Shown: positions 41,001 to 48,632 of the stretch, piece by piece | Layout of the letters: each line of letters begins with the position of its first letter | Position numbering within the stretch: position 1 is the first letter of the stretch | NCBI GenBank assembly: GCA_000002435.2 | Contig: CM018792.1 | Origin: Giardia intestinalis | Taxonomy: Eukaryota | Strand: one strand, 5' to 3' | Length of the DNA stretch: 64,000 nt | Notes under the pieces: model-generated | What the model was told of the DNA's origin: nothing | Database searches by the model: none | Seen by the model: only the letters and a program-made list of their open reading frames with translations | Position numbers and translations under genes: made by a program

Positions 41001-44000
41001 CTTCAAGAACCTAGCCGACACGACTGTTCTTGCTGCCTGTGCGCCTGCTGGAGGAGGGCGTAATGTCGTATCTATGCGGACTATCAGTCACTTCATTAAT
41101 TTTGCTCTTCCAGACGCCAGCGACGAGGTTCTGCATAGCATATTCAACAGCATTCTTCACGGCCACCTAACATATGTTGACATTAGCGACCCCCAGGCCC
41201 AAGGAAACAAGTTCCCAGTTGACGTTGCCAATATTAGTGCAAGTGCTATTCGTGCGCTTATTCAAATCTATCAAACGCTTTCGACGATTCTTCGTCCAAC
41301 CCCGTCGAAAATTCATTACACCTTTAATCTGCGCGACGTCAGCAAGGTTGTTCAAGGCGTCCTGCGTGCCACTACAGGGGTGATAAAGTCGGTAGAGGAC
41401 TTCTCCAGCTTATTTAGGCACGAGTGCCTGCGCGTGTTTGCAGACAGAACGATTGCCGACGAGGACAGAAACGCTGTATATGACACTATCATTGACATTT
41501 TCAGCACAACACCCGGGTTGGCGAACACTCCGTCAGCTAAAAAGCCACAAGAAGGAGACCCCGGAGTTGTTGACACCAGACCCGAGGATATATGGGGCAA
41601 CTATATGAAGCCTGGAACCCCAATCGACATGCGAGTCTACGAGAAGGGTGGATCCTTTAATGCCGTGCAGACGCTTCTAGAAAGTTACCTCAGCGAATAT
41701 AATACTGCCGGGAGCAAGCAAGCGATGAATCTTGTTCTTTTCAAAGATGCCGTTGAGCATGTCTCTAGGATTGCACGGTCAATCACAGCACCCCGCGGCT
41801 CCATGTTGCTTGTAGGATTTGGGGGTTCCGGGAGAAAGTCCTTGACCAGATTGGCCGCGTTCATTTGCGATTGTGACCTTGAAACCATTGAGCTGCGAAA
41901 GGGGTATGGGCTGAATGAGTTCAGGGACGATCTAAAGACCTTATTTCAAAAGGCTGGCGTTGAGAACAAAAATATCGTGTTCATGCTGGACGATAGCCAG
42001 ATCGTGGTGGAGTCACAACTAGAAGATATCAACAACATTCTAAACAGTGGAATTGTGCCAAACTTATTCGAGCAGGATGAGCTGGACAAGATTATGGCCG
42101 ACATACGGTCCATTATCAATAAAGAGGGGGTGCCAGTCGACGTAGGCAATAAGGACGCGGTGTTTCGCTTTTTCATCAATAGGGTACGCGATAACTTGCA
42201 CATCGTCCTCTGCTTGTCGCCCTCTGGAGACCAGTTCCGCGATAGGCTCCGCACCTTCCCTTCTCTTGTCACAAATCTCACCATAGACTGGTTTAAGAAC
42301 TGGCCTAAGGCCGCCCTGATGGATGTTGCAAATAGCGTTCTTCAACAGGAGCTCCGACGTGTCAATATGACAGAGTGTTATGACATCTCCAAGGGAAGCG
42401 AAATAGACATGGCTCTAGAAGAACAACGAGCAGAGTTCAACAAGAGTAAGGATGCTGGAGACTTTGACGAGCAATTCGAGCTAGCAAAGGTTCTTGCCAA
42501 GAGACTTACCAAGCGTCTAGCTCCCATCGCTACTGAAATACATGACTCTGTCGAGCGTATGTTGATGAGATACTATACAGACACGCGGCGGAAGCACTAC
42601 GTTCCCCCTGCATGCTATCTCGAGCTGCTTAGCCTATACTCTGAGCTCCTTGCCCAAAGGATTGCAGGGATTAATAAGCGATATTATCAGCTAACTACGG
42701 GTGTGCAAAAGCTCATAGAGTCCAAGGCGCAAGTTGAGACGCTACAGAAAGAACAAGAGGCGCTTGCACCGGAGCTCGAGGTGGCTGCTGCTAGTTCTGA
42801 GAAGCTTATCAAGGAGCTCACGAGCGAGAAGGCCGTAGTGGCAAAGATGAAAGAGGTTGCTATCTCCGAAGAGACCATCGTCAAGGCCCAGGCGCAAGAC
42901 ACGGAGATCATCGCTCAGGATGCACAAAAGGATTTGGACGCGGCCATGCCTCTACTAATCGCAGCCAACAAGGCACTGGACTCGCTGAACAGTTCAGATA
43001 TCACGGAAATAAAGTCTTTCAAGCAGCCGCCGCCCTTGGTGAAGATGGTTATGGAGGCGATCTGCATCTTAGTGGGCGCAAAGCCAGATTGGGATAGTGC
43101 CAAGAAGGTCCTCAGCGACACTGGATTTCTGAAGTCGCTGATATCATACGACAAAGACAATGTTCCGGACAGCATTCTCAAGAGCTTGAAGAAGTATACC
43201 ACCTCGTCCGATTTTGTTCCAGAAAAGGTAGAGAAGCAATCACTGGCTGCCAAGTCGCTCTGCTTCTGGGTTATTGCCATTGAGAAATATTCCTATACCA
43301 TCCGCGAGGTTGAGCCCAAGCGACAGCGCCTCGAAGCAGCAAAGGCCGATCTGAAGGAGAAAATGGATGCACTGGCTGTCAAGCAAGCTCAGCTCAAGGA
43401 GGTTGAAGATAAGCTTACCGTCCTGGAAGAAACCTTCGAAAAGCAGAATAACGAGAAAATCCGGCTGGAGCAAGCCATGGAGCTTACGAAGGCGCGACTG
43501 ATGCGTGCTGAGCAGCTTACTGGTGCGTTGTCGGACGAGCGTGAGCGCTGGATCTCGCAGAGTGCCGCTCTCAAGGAACAATTGAAACTGGTTCCAGGTG
43601 ACGTCTTCTTGGCCACCTGTGCCATTGCTTATCTTGGAGTTTTCAACCTCAAATACCGTGCAGAGCTCCTCGAGTTTTGGCACGGACTCCTTCTGGCCTA
43701 TAATGTAAGGTGCTCTCCCCTTGAAACTATTCTCCAGAACGGCATTTTCCCCTTGGTTTCATCAGACGACGTTCTTTTGGAATCGTGGCGCTCCCAGGGA
43801 CTCCCGTCAGACCTTACCTCTACTGACAACGCTGTGATGGTCACTACAACGCGCAGATTCCCTTTGATTCTAGATCCACAAAGTCAGGCTTTGACATGGA
43901 TTAAGGGGATGGAGAAGGCAAACAACTTGATGGTCTTGAAGCCTACTCAATCTGGACTGCTTCGTATCTTTGAGAACTGTGTGCGGTCGGGCACTCCTGT

Positions 44001-47000
44001 TATCTTGGATGGCGTCGGGGAGGTCATAGAGCCCAGCCTAAAGCCAGTAATTGAGCGAGAAATCATTATAAGTGCCGGAAGACAAATCATTATGCTGAAT
44101 GATAGCGAGGTAGAATGGCATCCCAATTTTAGGTTGTATTTGGTCACCAAACTGGCCAATCCGTCGTTTAGCCCGGAGGTGCATGCAAAGCTCACCATCA
44201 TTAATTTCACGATCAGCACAGACGCTCTTGAGGACCAACTTCTGCAAGCCGTCGTCAGTGCAGAGTACCCATCTCTTGAAAAGAAGCGCATAGAATTGAC
44301 GACCGAGTCGTCCAGAGACAGAAGGCACCTCGCTCAGCTGTCCAACCAGATCCTCCACGAGTTGACAAACTTTCAGGGCTCGGTTCTAGATAATGAAAAT
44401 CTGATTAGAGTGTTAGGGGAGAGTAAGTCCGTCTCGGCAGATATAGAGGCTAAAGAGAAGCAGGCGATAACGACGCGTGCTGAGATTGCTCGTTACTATA
44501 GCATTTACCGGCCCATTTCCATCAGGGGTGCGCTCATATACTTCATTGTTTCGGACATGTCATTGGTAGAGCCCATGTACCTCTTCGCCTTGAGCTACTA
44601 TATACGCCTCTTTGTCACTGCCATAAATTCCATTGCAGATTACAGAGGAGACCCAGAGAGCATGATTAAGAGAGTGGAAGTGCTGCTTGAAAAGGTGACA
44701 TACTTCATGTTCTCTAACATAAGCAGGGGGGTTTTTGAAAAGGATAAGCTTGTCTTTGCGTTCCTCCTGGCTACGCGAATTCTTCAGATCCAAGGTGACA
44801 TTGGGCTTGACGACTGGAGCATCTTATGCCGTGGCAACCTTTATGCCGACATTATTCTTTCTGACGAAAACAGATTATCCCGTGCATCCCCAGCAATGAA
44901 GGATACGTATAAAAGACTGGAGGAGCAAGGAGAGGCGCTATTTGGCGATGGCCCCATCGCATCCCTTGGTGCAGGGCGGCTACTTACCTTCCTAAAGGCC
45001 TTGTCTGTGATACCTACACAAGAACGACTTTGTTCATTCATAGAGCAGAACTTTGCTGCAATCGAACGGGAGTTTGCAGGCACAACTGACGGAGATGCCC
45101 TTTGCCGCGCTCTCTTGTTCTTTGATTCAAATAACCGCATTGTACAGATGATGATGGAGGCCGGATTACAAATCTCCAACGAGGGATTTAGGATTATATC
45201 TATTCTCCTCTTGATTAAGTTCTTCTCTGAGAGCTTTATGATTCTTGCCATTCCACTGTTCATTGAGGTGGTCCTAGGGCCTAAATACTCGAACATAGAG
45301 CCACCAAAGTTGTCCGAAATATACTGCGATAGCTCATCGACGATCCCAATCATCTTCCTTCTTACGGTCGGGGCTGATCCCCTTTCCCAGCTGCAGGCAC
45401 TGGCTCAACAGAACAACCAGCCTCTTTACCTGATATCCCTCGGCCAGGGACAAGCTCCCGTGGCCCGGAATGCGATAGAGAAAGCGTCCTCAACCGGCGG
45501 ATGGGTATTTTTACAGAACGGACACCTGGCGCGGTCATGGATGGCAGAGCTGGAGATGATCGTTGAGGCTCTGTCCCTCTGTGAGACCATGTCTCCTGAT
45601 GCGAAAAAAGATGCTGCAGCTACCCTGCCGTTCCTGAGTTTGCCTCCGAAGTCGTCATTTAGATTGTTTATATCATCAATGCCAGTGAAACACTTCCCAG
45701 CATCTGTGCTCCAGACCTCACTGAAGATCACCACCGAGCCGCCCACGGGGCTCCGCAACAACATCGTCCGGGCAGTGGGGACGTCCACTGTTGAAGCATG
45801 GGAGGCCGAGGAGATCATTTCTGAGCTGCGTTATGACGATATTATTCCCAAACCGGAAGAGGGTGAGGAGCCGTTAGTGGTTGATGAGAACGCCATGGCA
45901 CGCTTTTCTGAGATAGTTAACACAAAGGCAAAGGCCATGTGGAAAAGGCTCTTTTACGCCATTGTCTTTTTCCATGGAATTCTCCTTGAGCGCAGGAAGT
46001 TTGGACCCCAGGCCTTCAATGTGCGCTATGAGTTCAATGACTCAGACTTTTCTATCTGCGTGCAAAGCCTCCGCAGCTTCATGGTTGACAGCATAAACGA
46101 GTTTATTATGGCGCATGGATTTACCTCGGTAATGGATAATCGTGGAGAGGTTTCTTCTCCGAATGGCGTATCATTTAAGCTTCCTTGGGATGCAATCACC
46201 TTCATTTTTTCTAAGATACACTATGGTGGAAGAGTTACTGACTCCTGGGACCTTCGGACACTGAGCTGCATCCTAACAGGCATTATCAATGATAAAGTTA
46301 TCAGCGACTTCTCCAAACCGTACGACTTTATCGCAGCAAACAAAAAGTATACCATTGACTTCGATGCATACACCTCCTACGACATGGTCCGGAGCTTCGC
46401 CCAGAATCTGCCCATCCTGGACGGAACGGAGGTCTTCAACATGAGCGAAAACTCGCTCGTGGTCTTCAGGCAAAGCGAATCAAATAAGGTTATCGCACGC
46501 ATCCTCGATATTAGCGCAGACTGTTTGCCGAAGAATGAGAAGCTTTTTGCAACTGAGGAAACGGACAAGGAGCCCACGCCAGGTGATGAAACAAAGCAAA
46601 TTGCTGAGGCTGTGAGCACCACCGACGCGCTCCCGGACCCTCAGATTGTTGAGCAAGACCTTGCACGCCTGCGCCTCAAGCTCTATGGCGAGCCCTCAAA
46701 CGACCTAACAACCGACCAAATAGTCGATAGCATATCTGCAACTCTTTTGTCGAAGCTCCCCTCTTTGCTTGACATTGAGAAAGAGGCTGGTCCATCGACC
46801 TTTGTGACAGCATCGAATGGGATGATGCACTGTCTCTCTGTTGTTCTTTCGCAGGAGATTGAGCGCTTCAACAATCTCCTGCGGTTCCTGAAGACGTCTC
46901 TGGATAGCATCCGTCTCGCAATCAAAGGCTTGATCCTACTATCTGTTGATTTAGAGCAACAGTATAAGTCTTTAGCGCTAGGCCGCGTGCCAAGCAGCTG

Positions 47001-47583
47001 GACGAAGCTGGCATATCCAAGCCTCAAGCCACTGACCTCGTGGTTTGATGACCTAATTCAGCGCGTTGCATTCATGCGTCGTTGGCTCACAAACGGACAA
47101 CCAGCAACGTTCTGGATGTCTGGCCTATACTTCCCGCAAGGATTCATAACTGGTGTGCTCCAGATGCATGCACGTGAGTACAAGATCTCCGTGGACAGTC
47201 TGGTCTTTGACTTCCGCTACCTCACCACGTACGATGAGGAGAGCACGGCTTCCGCTGATCTCTGTGTGGAAACAGGGGTTCTGATTTATGGTTTGTATCT
47301 AGACTGCGGGTTTTTCGATCTCGACGGAGGCAAGCTGCTTCCTGCAAAGCCAGGGATCCTATATCCTCGCGTTCCGATTGTTCACTTTGCGCCAGTTAGC
47401 ATGGATTCAAAGGTAGTGAAAGGGTATAACGCACCAATTTACAAGACAAGTGAAAGAGCGGGGATACTGAGCTCTACGGGTCGGAGCACAAACCACATCA
47501 TGCCAATGGTGATTCCAACTGATGAGGACCCCAACTTCTTCATTCGACAGGGTTGTGCTGTTCTTTGCCAGCTGAACGATTGA
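32092..47583 (+). CDS. Dynein heavy chain (axonemal type), 5163 aa, single exon
   Basis: AAA1 P-loop [64 protein letters not shown] matches the axonemal DHC consensus. AAA2 reads [8 protein letters not shown], AAA3 reads [8 protein letters not shown], AAA4 reads [16 protein letters not shown]. A coiled-coil stalk and C-terminal domain follow. Confidence 0.97.
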   Translation: [5163 protein letters not shown]

Positions 47584-47592
47584 AAAAAAGCC

Positions 47593-48471
47593 ATGAATAA
47601 AAGTGAACGCAAGGTCTGGGCTATTGTATCTGGGGCGTGCGGTGGTGTTGGGCGAGAGCTCACAAAGCGCCTAAGTGCCATGGGAGTTTCCTTAATTCTA
47701 ACTGGGCGCGATGCTACTGTTCTCGATAGGCTCCGGCATTCTGTTGAAAGCCCTGCAGTATCGGTTAGGACATGTGTAGTCGACTTCGATTCCGAAACAT
47801 GGGAGCGTGATTGTAGGACGGTCCTTTCGGCAATTTCGGAAGAGAACCCGTCTATCCTTCTTTTCTTCAGCAATGCCGGATATGGGCTTTTTGAGCCATA
47901 TGAGGCGACGCCCTTTTCCGAAAAGACATCATTTATACAATGCAATGTTCAGCAACATGTGTACTTGACTGAGCTGCTCCTCTCATCACCCTTGAAAGAA
48001 AAATTAGTCTATGTCTGCTTTACTTCAAGCATTGCCTCCTTGATGCCTTTGCCATACTTTGGCCTCTACCATTCTGCAAAGGCATTTTTGAAAGCATACG
48101 CACAGGCCCTTGAAGAGACTGAAGAGGCAACGTGGAGTGAGACTTGCCCGTCCACTTCTATCAAGCAGTCTGTCTCTCAACTTATTGAGCCAACTGATAA
48201 GAAAATACGCACGCGATTCCATTACGTTATGCCTCACATTGTTAGTGGAACATCTTTCTACACAGCCCCGACCGTCAAGCGATCGAAATCAGCCCTCTTG
48301 TTTTCCCTTCTCCGAATTCCGCTCTTTAACACCACGCCTTCGAGAGTTGTAGATGCTATGCTCAACCCCACTGAGCGGCCCATAGTGGGCCTTGGTGGCA
48401 TACTGTGGGCGTGGGCCTACAGGGTTCTGCGGGCTGCCTTCCAGTTCAGTGCTCGCATGCGTTGCAAGTAA
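47593..48471 (+). CDS. Short-chain dehydrogenase/reductase (SDR) family oxidoreductase
   Basis: Rossmann motif AIVSGACGGVGRE (TGxxxGxG type), the NAG motif (FSNAG) and catalytic YxxxK (YHSAKAF). It starts 10 nt after the dynein stop. AGTAAAT overlaps its own stop. Confidence 0.8.
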   Translation: MNKSERKVWAIVSGACGGVGRELTKRLSAMGVSLILTGRDATVLDRLRHSVESPAVSVRTCVVDFDSETWERDCRTVLSAISEENPSILLFFSNAGYGLFEPYEATPFSEKTSFIQCNVQQHVYLTELLLSSPLKEKLVYVCFTSSIASLMPLPYFGLYHSAKAFLKAYAQALEETEEATWSETCPSTSIKQSVSQLIEPTDKKIRTRFHYVMPHIVSGTSFYTAPTVKRSKSALLFSLLRIPLFNTTPSRVVDAMLNPTERPIVGLGGILWAWAYRVLRAAFQFSARMRCK

Positions 48472-48632
48472 ATTGGACATGATCGTCTTTTGAACTGACT
48501 ACATCAATCCGGTGTGAAGTCTGTTGATTGAGAATGATGCTGTAGGATGACGGCTTTTGAGGTACATACCATTTATCACCAAGAGAGAAGCTTTGGACCT
48601 CGTCTCTTGCCCCCTGAAAAAACAACTAACTT

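Noticed and set aside
32095-47027. Dozens of 60-170-aa minus-strand ORFs inside the dynein heavy-chain gene
   Set aside because: They are antisense to a 15.5-kb ORF with unambiguous dynein AAA motifs, have no motifs or initiator context, and are the expected random ORFs in a roughly 50% GC genome.
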